Origin: Eledone cirrhosa
Taxonomy: Eukaryota
DNA length: 64,000 bases
Reading direction: 5' to 3'
Assembly (NCBI GenBank): GCA_964016885.1
Contig: OZ024741.1
Span: 19,220,001 to 19,284,000 of the forward strand
The notes under the pieces are model-generated. The model was given only the letters and a program-made list of their open reading frames with translations, was not told the origin of the DNA and did not search any database. Made by a program: the position numbers and the translations under genes. Shown in pieces: positions 27,343 to 41,500 of this stretch; within the stretch, counting starts at the first letter, position 1, and each line of letters begins with the position of its first letter.

Positions 27343-27575
27343 TGTATTTATAATGTGTGTGCATATATATGCATGTATTTATATATATATATATATGTGT
27401 ATGTGTGTCCCTCTCCTCTCTCTCTCTCTATATATATATATATACATATATATATGTGTGTGTGTTGTTAATAAAATTATCAAGAAGGTGATCAGAATTC
27501 AATAAAATACTCAATACATCTAAATGTTGAGTATATATTTCTTTATTTAAATATTGACCTTCGACCTCACACTGA

Positions 27576-27613
<38 letters not shown>

Positions 27614-29020
27614 TGTATATATATAAACATATTATACATAAGCCTAAATCCTGATTTTGGAGGACATAAACTAGACCATCTAAAATAAGTCAGTTTTACT
27701 CTTAAATTTATATATATTTAATCTCCTAAATTAACATCTTGAAAAGTGGCTAAAATCCTGGCAAAAACCTATTGCCATTAACGGGTATATAAATATACTA
27801 TCTATATATGTCACTTATTTAACATCTTGAAGGATGGCTATATTAACAAATCGCCTATCGCCGAGTTAATAGTTTAGAAGCTGAGCCAAAGATGAAGAAA
27901 AAGTGAAAGAAAACCTGCAACAAAGTCATGTTTCATTTGAGTAGTAGAGAGATATATTTTTCAACCATTGGGAATTTTGGGACACAAACATTGACAAAAA
28001 TATTGACAAAAAAATTGACAAAAATGGGTGGAAAATGTAGAAAACAATTTGTGATAGTTGAGCATCTTAGCCAGAGGGGGGTAGAGAATAAGATGCTTCT
28101 CAAATCACTTAATAATTTGAAGGTTGGAATATGATTCAGCAGTTCCAGATTGAGGGTAGTAGGGACTGGGGGTTCTTTGACAAATAATGGGGGAGAAAAT
28201 AAAACAAGTTTGAAGTTCCTTTAATATATGGAAGGTTCTTAAAATTGATTGAAAGATATTTTTCCTCCCATGAAATAAATATTTTGTGGGAAATTTCTTC
28301 AAATTAATTGGATGTTTTTTTTTTTTTCATCCATGAAGAGTTTCTTTGAAAATTCTTTTTAAAGCCTTTTTTTTTTAGTTTTGCCTTCTCAAGAAAATAT
28401 CTCTCTAGAAGATTCTTAAAATTGATTTAACATTTTTCTTTCCCATACCTAAAACATTTCTTTGAAAAATTCTTAAAATTAATTTTAAACATTTTTATTT
28501 TTGTAATTTTTAAGAAAGTTTTCTTGAATTAAATGATTTTTTTAAATTAATTCAAAGTTTTTTTTTTATTTTTTATCCATGAAAATTTTCTTAAAATTAA
28601 CTTAAAACTTTTTTTCTTTTTACTCGTCCAGAAATCTTTCCTAAAACTGTTTCAAAGGTATTTAAGTATTTTTATGTCTCATTCCATGAATTATTCCGGA
28701 GAATTATTTGTCCAATTCTTGATGCCATTAAAATGGCGATTTATTTTATTTTACTTTATTTTTTTAATTGTTCTTCATATTTTTCTTTTCTTATTTAAAA
28801 ACATTATTTTTGTTTATTTTTGAATTTTTACAATTTGGTTGTGTTTGTTTCATTCTTTCCTTTTTTTTTCTTTTTTACATCATTATTAACACCACCACTA
28901 CCACCATCCTCATCCTATTCCTCATCATCATCATCATCATCGTCATCATCATCATCATCATATTGACCATAAATATCACCTTTCCTTCAATTTTAATTTT
29001 TTTCCTTTGATCATTTTCAT

Positions 29021-29026
29021 TTTATT
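29021..29026 (-). promoter_or_regulatory. Candidate polyadenylation signal of the channel gene
   Basis: First AATAAA on the - strand, ~130 nt after the stop. The region is very A-rich, so this is weak evidence. Confidence 0.3.
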
Positions 29027-29156
29027 CTTCGTTTTTTGGCATTAATCAGAAGTTTGTGGGGGGTAATCAATAACATTTGATATATTATCAATTGATTCGA
29101 TTAATTTGTAAGTTTCTCAATTAATTGATTTAAGTTAATGAATGTAAATGTAAAAA

Positions 29157-29315
29157 TTATTTGAAAGTCCACAAGTTGTAAAACACCCAGTAGAAAACAT
29201 TGAACAAACCAAATACTAGTGGGAAGGTGTACCGAGCCACCTTGTCGAAGAATCGGGCTGATTGCTTGTTGTTAGGAAGGCTGAGGTCACCTTCTGTATT
29301 TGGTTCGTTCACTTG
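29157..29315 (-). CDS. Terminal exon of an anion-selective Cys-loop ligand-gated ion channel subunit (GlyR/GABA-A/GluCl-like), encoding M4
   Basis: Acceptor ttttcctttctgttacag| followed by QVNEPNTEGDLSLPNNKQSARFFDKVARYTFPLVFGLFNVFYWVFYNLWTFK*. This matches the D.(I/V)(S/A)R..FP..F..FN..YW..Y M4 signature of inhibitory Cys-loop receptors. Phase 0. Confidence 0.88.
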   Translation of the reverse strand, partial: QVNEPNTEGDLSLPNNKQSARFFDKVARYTFPLVFGLFNVFYWVFYNLWTFK

Positions 29316-29339
29316 CTGTAACAGAAAGGAAAATAAGAA

Positions 29340-29432
29340 AGTTATAATAATAATAATGATTTCTTTATTTGCCACTAGGGCCCACATATAGGGAACAATA
29401 CAAAAAAAGGGACAATAGGGGTTTACAATAAA
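29340..29432 (-). mobile_element. 3' end of an unclassified retroelement with (ATT)n tail
   Basis: ...TGTGGGCCCTAGTGGCAAATAAAGAAATCATTATTATT. A second copy lies at ~25235-25318. Confidence 0.5.
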
Positions 29433-29577
29433 ACCGAGGAAAATAAATAAATTGACAAAAACAATTAACAGTAAAATCACAATAAAAATTCCCGAATAAG
29501 GGGGAGAACCACCCAGAAGTGACTGATAGTAATAGTTTTTTTTATTAACCACAGAATTTACATTAAGAAATCATTAA

Positions 29578-32500
29578 GGACAGTACAGGCCAGTAGAGTG
29601 TGGCAGAGGATGGTACAGGACAGTAGAGTGTGGTAGAGGATGGTACAGGACAGTAGAGTGTAGCAGAAGATGGTACAGGACAGTAGAGTGTGGCAGAAGA
29701 TGGTAGAGGACAGTAGAGTGTGGCAGAAGATGGTAGAGGACAGTAGAGTGTGGCAGAAGATGGTACAGGACAGTAGAGTGTGGCAGAAGATGGTACAGGA
29801 GAGTAGAGTGTGGTAGAGGACAGTACAGGCCAGTAGAGTGTGGCAGAAGATGGTACAGGACAGTAGAGTGTGGCAGAAGATGGTACAGGACAGTAGAGTG
29901 TGGCAGAAGATGGTACAGGACAGTAGAGTGTGGCAGAAGATGGTACAGGACAGTAGAGTGTGGCAGAAAATGGTACAGGACAGTAGAGTGTGGCAAAAGA
30001 TGGTACAGGACAGTAGAGTGTGGCAGAAGATGGTACAGGACAGTAGAGTGTGGCAGAAGATGGTACAGGACAGTAGAGTGTGGTAGAGAATGGTACAGGA
30101 CAGTAGAGTGTGGCAGAATATGGTACAGGACAGTAGAGTGTGGTAGAGGATGGTACAGGACAGTAGAGTGTGGCAGAAGATGGTACAGGACAGTAGAGTG
30201 TGGTGGAGGATGGTACAGGCCAGTAGAGTGTGGCAGAAGATGGTACAGGACAGTAGAGTGTGGCAGAAGATGGTACAGGACAGTAGAGTGTGGCAGAAGA
30301 TGGTACAGGACAGTAGAGTGTGGCAGAAGATGGTACAGGACAGTACAGTGTGGGAAAGGATGGTACAGTACAGTAGAGTGTGGCAGAAAATGGTACAGGA
30401 CAGTAGAGTGTGGCAGAAGATGGTACAGGACAGTAGAGTGTGGCAGAAGATGGTACAGGACAGTAGAGTGTGGTAGAGGATGGTACAGGACAGTAGAGTG
30501 TGGCAGAAGATGGTACAGGACAGTAGAGTGTGGCAGAAGATGGTACAGGACAGTAGAATGTGGCAAAAGATGGTACAGGACAGTAGAGTGTGGCAGAAGA
30601 TGGTACAGGACAGTAGAGTGTGGTAGAGGATGGTACAGGACAGTAGAGTGTGGCAGAAGATGGTACAGGACAGTAGTGTGTGGTAGAGGATGGTACAGGA
30701 CAGTAGAGTGTGGCAGAAGATGGAACAGGACAGTAGAGTGTGGTAGAGGATGGTACAGGACAGTAGAGTGTGGCAGAAGATGGTACAGGCCAGTAGAGTG
30801 TGGTAGAGGATGGTACAGGACAGTAGAGTGTGGCAGAAGACGGTACAGGACAGTAGAGTGTGGCAGAAGATGGTACAGGACAGTAGAGTGTGGTAGAGGA
30901 TGGTACAGGACAGTAGAGTGTGGCAGAAGATGGTACAGGACAGTAGTGTGTGGTAGAGGATGGTACAGGACAGTAGAGTGTGGCAGAAGATGGAACAGGA
31001 CAGTAGAGTGTGGTAGAGGATGGTACAGGACAGTAGAGTGTGGCAGAAGATGGTACAGGACAGTAGAGTGTGGCAGAAGATGGTACAGGACAGTAGAATG
31101 TGGCAAAAGATGGTACAGGACAGTAGAATGTGGCAGAAGATGGTACAGGACAGTAGAGTGTGGCAGAAGATGGTACAGGACAGTAGTGTGTGGTAGAGGA
31201 TGGTACAGGAGAGTAGAGTGTGGCAGAAGATGGAACAGGACAGTAGAGTGTGGTAGAGGATGGTACAGGACAGTAGAATGTGGCAGAAGATGGAACAGGA
31301 CAGTAGAGTGTGGTAGAGGATGGTACAGGACAGTAGAATGTGGCAGAAGATGGTACAGGACAGTAGAGTGTGGCAGAAGATGGTAGAGGACAGTAGAGTG
31401 TGGCAGAAGATGGTACAGGACAGTAGAGTGTGGCAGAAGATGGTACAGGACAGTACAGTGTGGTAGAGGATGGTACAGGACAGTAGAGTGTGGCAGAAGA
31501 TGGTAGAGGACAGTAGAGTGTGGCAGAAAATGGTACAGGACAGTAGAGTGTGGCAGAAGATGGTACAGGACAGTGGAGTGTGGCAGAAGATGGTACAGGA
31601 CAGTAGAGTGTGGTAGAGGATGGTACAGGACAGTAGAGTGTGGCAGAAGATGGTACAGGCCAGTAGAGTGTGGTAGAGGATGGTACAGGACAGTAGAGTG
31701 TGGCAGAAGACGGTACAGGACAGTAGAGTGTGGCAGAAGATGGTACAGGACAGTAGAGTGTGGTAGAGGATGGTACAGGACAGTAGAGTGTGGCAGAAGA
31801 TGGTACAGGACAGTAGTTTGTGGTAGAGGATGGTACAGGACAGTAGAGTGTGGCAGAAGATGGAACAGGACAGTAGAGTGTGGTAGAGGATGGTACAGGA
31901 CAGTAGAGTGTGGCAGAAGATGGTACAGGACAGTAGAGTGTGGCAGAAGATGGTACAGGACAGTAGAATGTGGCAGAAGATGGTACAGGACAGTAGAGTG
32001 TGGCAGAAGATGGTACAGGACAGTAGAGTGTGGCAGAAGATGGTACAGGACAGTAGTGTGTGGTAGAGGATGGTACAGGACAGTAGAGTGTGGCAGAAGA
32101 TGGAACAGGACAGTAGAGTGTGGTAGAGGATGGTACAGGACAGTGGAATGTGGCAGAAGATGGAACAGGACAGTAGAGTGTGGTAGAGGATGGTACAGGA
32201 CAGTAGAATGTGGCAGAAGATGGTACAGGACAGTAGAGTGTGGTAGAGGATGGTACAGGACAGTAGAGTGTGGCAGAAGATGGTTCAGGACAGTAGAGTG
32301 TGGCAGAAGATGGTACACGACAGTAGAATGTGGCAGAAGGTGGTACAGGACAGTAGAGTGTGGCAGAAGATGGTACAGGACAGTAGTGTGTGGTACAGGA
32401 CAGTAGAGTGTGGCAGAAGATGGAACAGGACAGTAGAGTGTGGTAGAGGATGGTACAGGACAGTAGAATGTGGCAGAAGATGGAACAGGACAGTAGAGTG

Positions 32501-35500
32501 TGGTAGAGGACAGTACAGGCCAGTAGAGTGTGGCAGAAGATGGTACAGGAGAGTAGAGTGTGGTAGAGGACAGTACAGGCCAGTAGAGTGTGGCAGAAGA
32601 TGGTACAGGACAGTAGAGTGTGGCAGAAGATGGTACAGGACAGTAGAGTGTGGCAGAAGATGGTACAGGACAGTACAGTGTGGCAGAAGATGGTACAGGA
32701 CAGTAGAGTGTGGCAGAAGATGGTACAGGACAGTAGAGTGTGGCAGAAAATGGTACAGGACAGTAGAGTGTGGCAGAAGATGGTACAGGACTGTAGAGTG
32801 TGGTAGAGGATGGTACAGGACAGTAGAATGTGGCAGAAGATGGTACAGGACAGTAGAGTGTGGTAGAGGATGGTACAGGACAGTAGAGTGTGGCAGAAGA
32901 TGGTACAGGCCAGTAGAGTGTGGTAGAGGATGGTACAGGACAGTAGAGTGTGGCAGAAGACGGTACAGGACAGTAGAGTGTGGCAGAAGATGGTACAGGA
33001 CAGTAGAGTGTGGTAGAGGATGGTACAGGACAGTAGAGTGTGGCAGAAGATGGTACAGGACAGTAGTGTGTGGTAGAGGATGGTACAGGACAGTAGAGTG
33101 TGGCAGAAGATGGAACAGGACAGTAGAGTGTGGTAGAGGATGGTACAGGACAGTAGAGTGTGGCAGAAGATGGTACAGGACAGTAGAGTGTGGCAGAAGA
33201 TGGTACAGGACAGTAGAGTGTGGCAGAAGATGGTACAGGACAGTAGAGTGTGGCAGAAGATGGTACAGGACAGTAGTGTGTGGTAGAGGATGGTACAGGA
33301 CAGTAGAGTGTGGCAGAAGATGGAACAGGACAGTAGAGTGTGGTAGAGGATGGTACAGGACAGTAGAATGTGGCAGAAGATGGAACAGGACAGTAGAGTG
33401 TGGTAGAGGATGGTACAGGACAGTGGAATGTGGCAGAAGATGGTACAGGACAGTAGAGTGTGGTAGAGGATGGTACAGGACAGTAGAGTGTGGCAGAAGA
33501 TGGTACAGGACAGTAGAGTGTGGCAGAAGATGGTACAAGACAGTAGAGTGTGGTAGAGGATGGTACAGGACAGTAGAGTGTGGCAGAAGAGGGTACAGGA
33601 CAGTAGAGTGTGGTAGAGGATGGTACAGGACAGTAGAGTGTGGTAGAGGATGGTACAGGACAGTAGAATGTGGCAGAAGATGGAAAAGGACAGTAGAGTG
33701 TGGTAGAGGATGGTACAGGACAGTAGAGTGTGGCAGAAGATGGTACAGGACAGTAGAGTGAGGCAGAGGATGGTACAGGACAGTAGAGTGTGGTAGAGGA
33801 TGGTACAGGACAGTACAGTGTGGTAGAGGATGGTACAGGACAGTAGAGTGTGGTAGAAGATGGTACAGAACATGAGAGTGAGGCAGAAGATGGTACAGGA
33901 CAGTAGAGTGTGGTAGAGGATGGTACAGGACAGTAGAGTGTGGCAGAAGATGGTACAGGACAGTAGAGTGTGGCAGAGGATGGTACAGGACAGTAGAGTG
34001 TGGTAGAGGATGGTACAGGACAGTACAGTGTGGTAGAGGATGGTACAGGACAGTAGAGTGTGGCAGAAAATGGTACAGGACAGTAGAGTGTGGCAGAAGA
34101 TGGTACAGGACAGTAGAGTGTGGCAGAAGATGGTACAGGACAGTAGAGTGTGGTAGAGGATGGTACAGGACAGTAGAGTGTGGTAGAGGATGGTACAGGA
34201 CAGTACAGTGTGGTAGAGGATGGTACAGGACAGTAGAGTGTGGCAGAAGATGGTACAGGACAGTAGAGTGTGGCAGAGGATGGTACAGGACAGTAGAGTG
34301 TGGTAGAGGATGGTACAGGACAGTACAGTGTGGTAGAGGATGGTACAGGACAGTAGAGTGTGGCAGAAGATGGTACAGGACAGTAGAGTGTGGCAGAAGA
34401 TGGTACAGGACAGTAGAGTGTGGTAGAGGATGGTACAGGACAGTAGAGTGTGGCAGAAGATGGTAGAGGCCAGTAGAGTGTGGTAGAGGATGGTACAGGA
34501 CAGTAGAGTGTGGCAGAAGATGGTACAGGCCAGTAGAGTGTGGTAGAGGATGGTACAGGACAGTAGAGTGTGGCAGAAGATGGTACAGGACAGTAGAGTG
34601 TGGCAGAAGATGGTACAGGACAGTACAGTGTGGTAGAGGATGGTACAGGACAGTAGAGTGTGGCAGAATATGGTACAGGACAGTAGAGTGTGGTAGAGGA
34701 TGGTACAGGCAGTAGAGTGTGGCAGAAGATGGTACAGGACAGTAGAGTGTGGCAGAAGATGGTACAGGACAGTAGAGTGTGGTAGAAGATGGTACAGGAC
34801 AGTACAGTGTGGTAGAGGATGGTACAGGACAGTAGAGTGTGGTAGAGGATGGTACAGGCCAGTAGAGTGTGGCAGAAGATGGAAGAGGACAGTAGAGTGT
34901 GGTAGAGGATGTTACAGGACAGTAGAGTGTGGCAGAGGATGGTACAGGACAGTAGAGTGTGGTAGAGGATGTTACAGGACAGTAGAGTGTGGCAGAGGAT
35001 GGTACAGGACAGTAGAGTGTGGTAGAGGATGGTACAGGACAGTACAGTGTGGTAGAGGATGGTACAGGACAGTAGAGTGTGGCAGAAAATGGTACAGGAC
35101 ACTAGAGTGTGGCAGAAGATGGTACAGGACAGTAGAGTGTGGCAGAAGATGGTACAGGACAGTAGAGTGTGGTAGAGGATGGTACAGGACAGTAGAGTGT
35201 GGCAGAAGATGGTACAGGCCAGTAGAGTGTTGTAGAGGATGGTACAGGACAGTAGAGTGTGGCAGAAGATGGTACAGGACAGTAGAGTGTGGCAGAAGAT
35301 GGTACAGGACAGTACAGTGTGGTAGAGGATTGTACAGGACAGTAGAGTGTGGCAGAAGATGGTACAGGACAGTAGAGTGTGGCAGAAGATGGTACAGAAC
35401 AGTAGAGTGTGGTAGAGGATGGTACAGGACAGTAGAGTGTGGCAGAAGATGGTACAGGCCAGTAGAGTGTGGTAGAGGATGGTACAGGACAGTAGAGTGT

Positions 35501-38500
35501 GGCAGAAAATGGTACAGGACAGTAGAGTGTGGCAGAAGATGGTACAGGACAGTAGAGTGTGGTAGAGGATGGTACAGGACAGTAGAGTGTGGCAGAAGAT
35601 GGTACAGGACAGTAGTGTGTAGCAGAGGATGGTACAGGACAGTAGAGTGTGGCAGAAGATGGAACAGGACAGTAGAGTGTGGTAGAGGATGGTACAGGAC
35701 AGTAGAGTGTGGCAGAAGATGGTACAGGACAGTAGAGTGTGGCAGAAGATGGTACAGGACAGTAGAATGTGGCAGAAGATGGTACAGGACAGTAGAGTGT
35801 GGCAGAAGATGGTACAGGACAGTAGAGTGTGGCAGAAGATGGTACAGGACAGTAGTGTGTGGTAGAGGATGGTACAGGACAGTAGAGTGTGGCAGAAGAT
35901 GGAAGAGGACAGTAGAGTGTGGTAGAGGATGGTACAGGACAGTAGAATGTGGCAGAAGATGGAACAGGACAGTAGAGTGTGGTAGAGGATGGTACAGGAG
36001 AGTAGAATGTGGCAGAAGATGGTACAGGACAGTAGAGTGTGGTAGAGGATGGTACAGGACAGTAGAGTGTGGCAGAAGATGGTACAGGACAGTAGAGTGT
36101 GGTAGAGGATGGTACAGGACAGTATAGTGTGGCAGAAGAGGGTACATGACAGTAGAGTGTGGTAGAGGATGGTACAGGACAGTAGAGTGTGGTAGAGGAT
36201 GGTACAGGACAGTGGAATGTGGCAGAAGATGGAAAAGGACAGTAGAGTGTGGTAGAGGATGGTACAGGACAGTAGAGTGTGGCAGAAGATGGTACAGGAC
36301 AGTAGAGTGAGGCAGAAGATGGTACAGGACAGTAGAGTGTGGTAGAGGATGTTACAGGACAGTAGAGTGTGGCATAAGATGGTACAGGACAGTAGAGTGT
36401 GGCAGAAGATGGTACAGGACAGTAGAGTGTGGTAGAGGATGGTACAGGACAGTGGAGTGTGGCAGAAGATGGTACAGGACAGTAGAGTGTGGCAGAGGAT
36501 GGTACAGGACAGTAGAGTGTGGTAGAGGATGGTACGGGACAGTACAGTGTGGTAGAGGATGGTACAGGACAGTAGAGTGTGGCAGAAAATGGTACAGGAC
36601 AGTAGAGTGTGGCAGAAGATGGTACAAGACAGTAGAGTGTGGCAGAAGATGGTACAGGACAGTAGAGTGTGGTAGAAGATGGTACAGTGCAGTAGAGTGT
36701 GGCAGAAGATGGTACAGGCCAGTAGAGTGTGGTAGAGGATGGTACATGACAGTAGAGTGTGGCAGAAGATGGTACAGGCCAGTAGAGTGTGGTAGAGGAT
36801 GGTACAGGACAGTAGAGTGTGGCAGAAGATGGTACAGGACAGTAGAGTGTGGCAGAAGATGGTACAGGACAGTACAGTGTGGTAGAGGATGGTACAGGAT
36901 AGTAGAGTGTGGCAGAAGATGGAACAGGACAGTAGAGTGTGGTAGAGGATGGTACAGGACAGTAGAGTGTGGCAGAAGATGGTACAGGACAGTAGAGTGT
37001 GGCAGAAGATGGTACAGGACAGTAGAATGTGGCAGAAGATGGTACAGGACAGTAGAGTGTGGCAGAAGATGGTACAGGACAGTACAGTGTGGCAGAAGAT
37101 GGTAAAAGACATTAGTGTGGCAGAAGATGGTACAGGACAGTACAGTGTGGTAGAGGATGGTACAGGAGAGTACAGTGTGGTAGAGGATGGTACAATGTGG
37201 CAGATGATGGTACAGGAGAGTACAGTGTGGTAGTGGATGGTACTGTGTGGCAGAGGATGGTACAGGAGAGTACAGTGTTGCAGAGGATGGTACAGGAGAG
37301 TACACTCTGGTAGAGGATGGTACAGGACAGTACAGTGTTGTAGAGGATGGTACAGGACAGTACAGTGTGGTAGAGGATGGTACAGGACAGTAGAGTGTGG
37401 CAGAAGATGGTACAGGACAGTAGAGTGTGGTAGAGGATGGTACAGGAGAGTACAGTGTGGTAGAGGATGGTACAGTGTGGCAGAGGATGGTACAGGAGAG
37501 TACAGTGTGGTAGAGGATGGTACAGGACAGTACAGTGTGGCAGAAGATGGTACAGGAAAGTAGAATGTGGCAGAAGATGGTACAGGACAGTACAGTGTGG
37601 TAGAGGATGGTACAGGAGAGTAAAGTGTGGCAGAAGATGGTACAGGACAGTAGAGTGTGGCAGAAGATGGTACAGGACAGTACAGTGTGGCAGAGGATGG
37701 TACAGGAGAGTACAGTGTGGTAGAGGATGGTACAGTGTGGTAGAGAATGGTACAGGAGAGTACAGTGTGGTAGAGGATTGTACAGTGTGGCAGAGGATGG
37801 TACAGGAGAGTACAATGTGGCAGAGAATGGTACAGGAGAGTACAGTGTGGTAGAGGATGGTACAGTGTGGTAGAGAATGGTACAGGAGAGTACAGTGTGG
37901 TAGAGGATTGTACAGTGTGGCAGAGGACGGTACAGGAGAGTACAGTGTGGCAGAGGATGGTACAGGAGAGTACAGTGTGGCAGAGGATGGTACAGGAGAG
38001 TACAGTGTGGTAGAGGATGGTACAGTGTGGTAGAGAATGGTACAGGAGAGTACAGTGTGGTAGAGGATTGTACAGTGCGGCAGAGGATGGTACAGGACAG
38101 TACAGTGTGGCAGAGGATGGTACAGGAGAGTACAGTGTGGTAGAGGATTGTACAGTGTGGCAGAGGATGGTACAGGAGAGTACAGTGTGATAGAGGATGG
38201 TACAGGACAGTACAGTGTGGTAGATGATGGTACAGGACAGTAGAGTGTGGTAGATAATGGTACAGGACAGTACAGTGTGGCAGAGGATGGTACAGGTCAG
38301 TAGAGTGTGGTAGAGGATGGTACAGGACAGTACAGTGTGGTAGAGGATGGTATAGGACAGTAGAGTGTGGCAGAAGATGGTAGAGGCCAGTAGAGTGTGG
38401 TAGAGGATGGTACAGGACAGTAGAGTGTGGCAGAAGATGGTACAGGCCAGTAGAGTGTGGTAGAGGATGGTACAGGACAGTAGAGTGTGGCAGAAGATGG

Positions 38501-41500
38501 TAGAGGCCAGTAGAGTGTGGTAGAGGATGGTACAGGACAGTAGAGTGTGGCAGAAGATGGTACAGGCCAGTAGAGTGTGGTAGAGGATGGTACAGGACAG
38601 TAGAGTGTGGCAGAAGATGGTACAGGACAGTAGAGTGTGGCAGAAGATGGTACAGGACAGTACAGTGTGGTAGAGGATGGTACAGGACAGTAGAGTGTGG
38701 CAGAATATGGTACAGGACAGTAGAGTGTGGTAGAGGATGGTACAGGCAGTAGAGTGTGGCAGAAGATGGTACAGGACAGTAGAGTGTGGCAGAAGATGGT
38801 ACAGGACAGTAGAGTGTGGTAGAAGATGGTACAGGACAGTACAGTGTGGTAGAGGATGGTACAGGACAGTAGAGTGTGGTAGAGGATGGTACAGGCCAGT
38901 AGAGTGTGGCAGAAGATGGAAGAGGACAGTAGAGTGTGGTAGAGGATGTTACAGGACAGTAGAGTGTGGCAGAGGATGGTACAGGACAGTAGAGTGTGGT
39001 AGAGGATGTTACAGGACAGTAGAGTGTGGCAGAGGATGGTACAGGACAGTAGAGTGTGGTAGAGGATGGTACAGGACAGTACAGTGTGGTAGAGGATGGT
39101 ACAGGACAGTAGAGTGTGGCAGAAAATGGTACAGGACAGTAGAGTGTGGCAGAAGATGGTACAGGACAGTAGAGTGTGGCAGAAGATGGTACAGGACAGT
39201 AGAGTGTGGTAGAGGATGGTACAGGACAGTAGAGTGTGGCAGAAGATGGTACAGGCCAGTAGAGTGTTGTAGAGGATGGTACAGGACAGTAGAGTGTGGC
39301 AGAAGATGGTACAGGACAGTAGAGTGTGGCAGAAGATGGTACAGGACAGTACAGTGTGGTAGAGGATTGTACAGGACAGTAGAGTGTGGCAGAAGATGGT
39401 ACAGGACAGTAGAGTGTGGCAGAAGATGGTACAGGACAGTAGAGTGTGGTAGAGGATGGTACAGGACAGTAGAGTGTGGCAGAAGATGGTACAGGCCAGT
39501 AGAGTGTGGTAGAGGATGGTACAGGACAGTAGAGTGTGGCAGAAAATGGTACAGGACAGTAGAGTGTGGCAGAAGATGGTACAGGACAGTAGAGTGTGGT
39601 AGAGGATGGTACAGGACAGTAGAGTGTGGCAGAAGATGGTACAGGACAGTAGTGTGTAGTAGAGGATGGTACAGGACAGTAGAGTGTGGCAGAAGATGGA
39701 ACAGGACAGTAGAGTGTGGTAGAGGATGGTACAGGACAGTAGAGTGTGGCAGAAGATGGTACAGGACAGTAGAGTGTGGCAGAAGATGGTACAGGACAGT
39801 AGAATGTGGCAGAAGATGGTACAGGACAGTAGAGTGTGGCAGAAGATGGTACAGGACAGTAGAGTGTGGCAGAAGATGGTACAGGACAGTAGTGTGTGGT
39901 AGAGGATGGTACAGGACAGTAGAGTGTGGCAGAAGATGGAAGAGGACAGTAGAGTGTGGTAGAGGATGGTACAGGACAGTAGAATGTGGCAGAAGATGGA
40001 ACAGGACAGTAGAGTGTGGTAGAGGATGGTACAGGAGAGTAGAATGTGGCAGAAGATGGTACAGGACAGTAGAGTGTGGTAGAGGATGGTACAGGACAGT
40101 AGAGTGTGGCAGAAGATGGTACAGGACAGTAGAGTGTGGTAGAGGATGGTACAGGACAGTATAGTGTGGCAGAAGAGGGTACATGACAGTAGAGTGTGGT
40201 AGAGGATGGTACAGGACAGTAGAGTGTGGTAGAGGATGGTACAGGACAGTGGAATGTGGCAGAAGATGGAAAAGGACAGTAGAGTGTGGTAGAGGATGGT
40301 ACAGGACAGTAGAGTGTGGCAGAAGATGGTACAGGACAGTAGAGTGAGGCAGAAGATGGTACAGGACAGTAGAGTGTGGTAGAGGATGTTACAGGACAGT
40401 AGAGTGTGGCATAAGATGGTACAGGACAGTAGAGTGTGGCAGAAGATGGTACAGGACAGTAGAGTGTGGTAGAGGATGGTACAGGACAGTGGAGTGTGGC
40501 AGAAGATGGTACAGGACAGTAGAGTGTGGCAGAGGATGGTACAGGACAGTAGAGTGTGGTAAAGGATGGTACGGGACAGTACAGTGTGGTAGAGGATGGT
40601 ACAGGACAGTAGAGTGTGGCAGAAAATGGTACAGGACAGTAGAGTGTGGCAGAAGATGGTACAAGACAGTAGAGTGTGGCAGAAGATGGTACAGGACAGT
40701 AGAGTGTGGTAGAAGATGGTACAGTGCAGTAGAGTGTGGCAGAAGATGGTACAGGCCAGTAGAGTGTGGTAGAGGATGGTACATGACAGTAGAGTGTGGC
40801 AGAAGATGGTACAGGCCAGTAGAGTGTGGTAGAGGATGGTACAGGAGAGTAGAGTGTGGCAGAAGATGGTACAGGACAGTAGAGTGTGGCAGAAGATGGT
40901 ACAGGACAGTACAGTGTGGTAGAGGATGGTACAGGATAGTAGAGTGTGGCAGAAGATGGAACAGGACAGTAGAGTGTGGTAGAGGATGGTACAGGACAGT
41001 AGAGTGTGGCAGAAGATGGTACAGGACAGTAGAGTGTGGCAGAAGATGGTACAGGACAGTAGAATGTGGCAGAAGATGGTACAGGACAGTAGAGTGTGGC
41101 AGAAGATGGTACAGGACAGTACAGTGTGGCAGAAGATGGTAAAAGACATTAGTGTGGCAGAAGATGGTACAGGACAGTACAGTGTGGTAGAGGATGGTAC
41201 AGGAGAGTACAGTGTGGTAGAGGATGGTACAATGTGGCAGATGATGGTACAGGAGAGTACAGTGTGGTAGTGGATGGTACTGTGTGGCAGAGGATGGTAC
41301 AGGAGAGTACAGTGTTGCAGAGGATGGTACAGGAGAGTACACTCTGGTAGAGGATGGTACAGGACAGTACAGTGTGGTAGAGGATGGTACAGGACAGTAG
41401 AGTGTGGCAGAAGATGGTACAGGACAGTAGAGTGTGGTAGAGGATGGTACAGGAGAGTACAGTGTGGTAGAGGATGGTACAGTGTGGTAGAGAATGGTAC

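Noticed and set aside
29157-29315. Cephalopod chemotactile receptor (nAChR-derived)
   Set aside because: The M4 signature R..FP..F..FN..YW belongs to the anion-selective branch, not to nAChR-like subunits.
29316-29552. N-terminal part of the 131-aa ORF as extra transmembrane coding sequence
   Set aside because: It lies upstream of a clear splice acceptor and overlaps a retroelement 3' end with an (ATT)n tail, so it is intronic.
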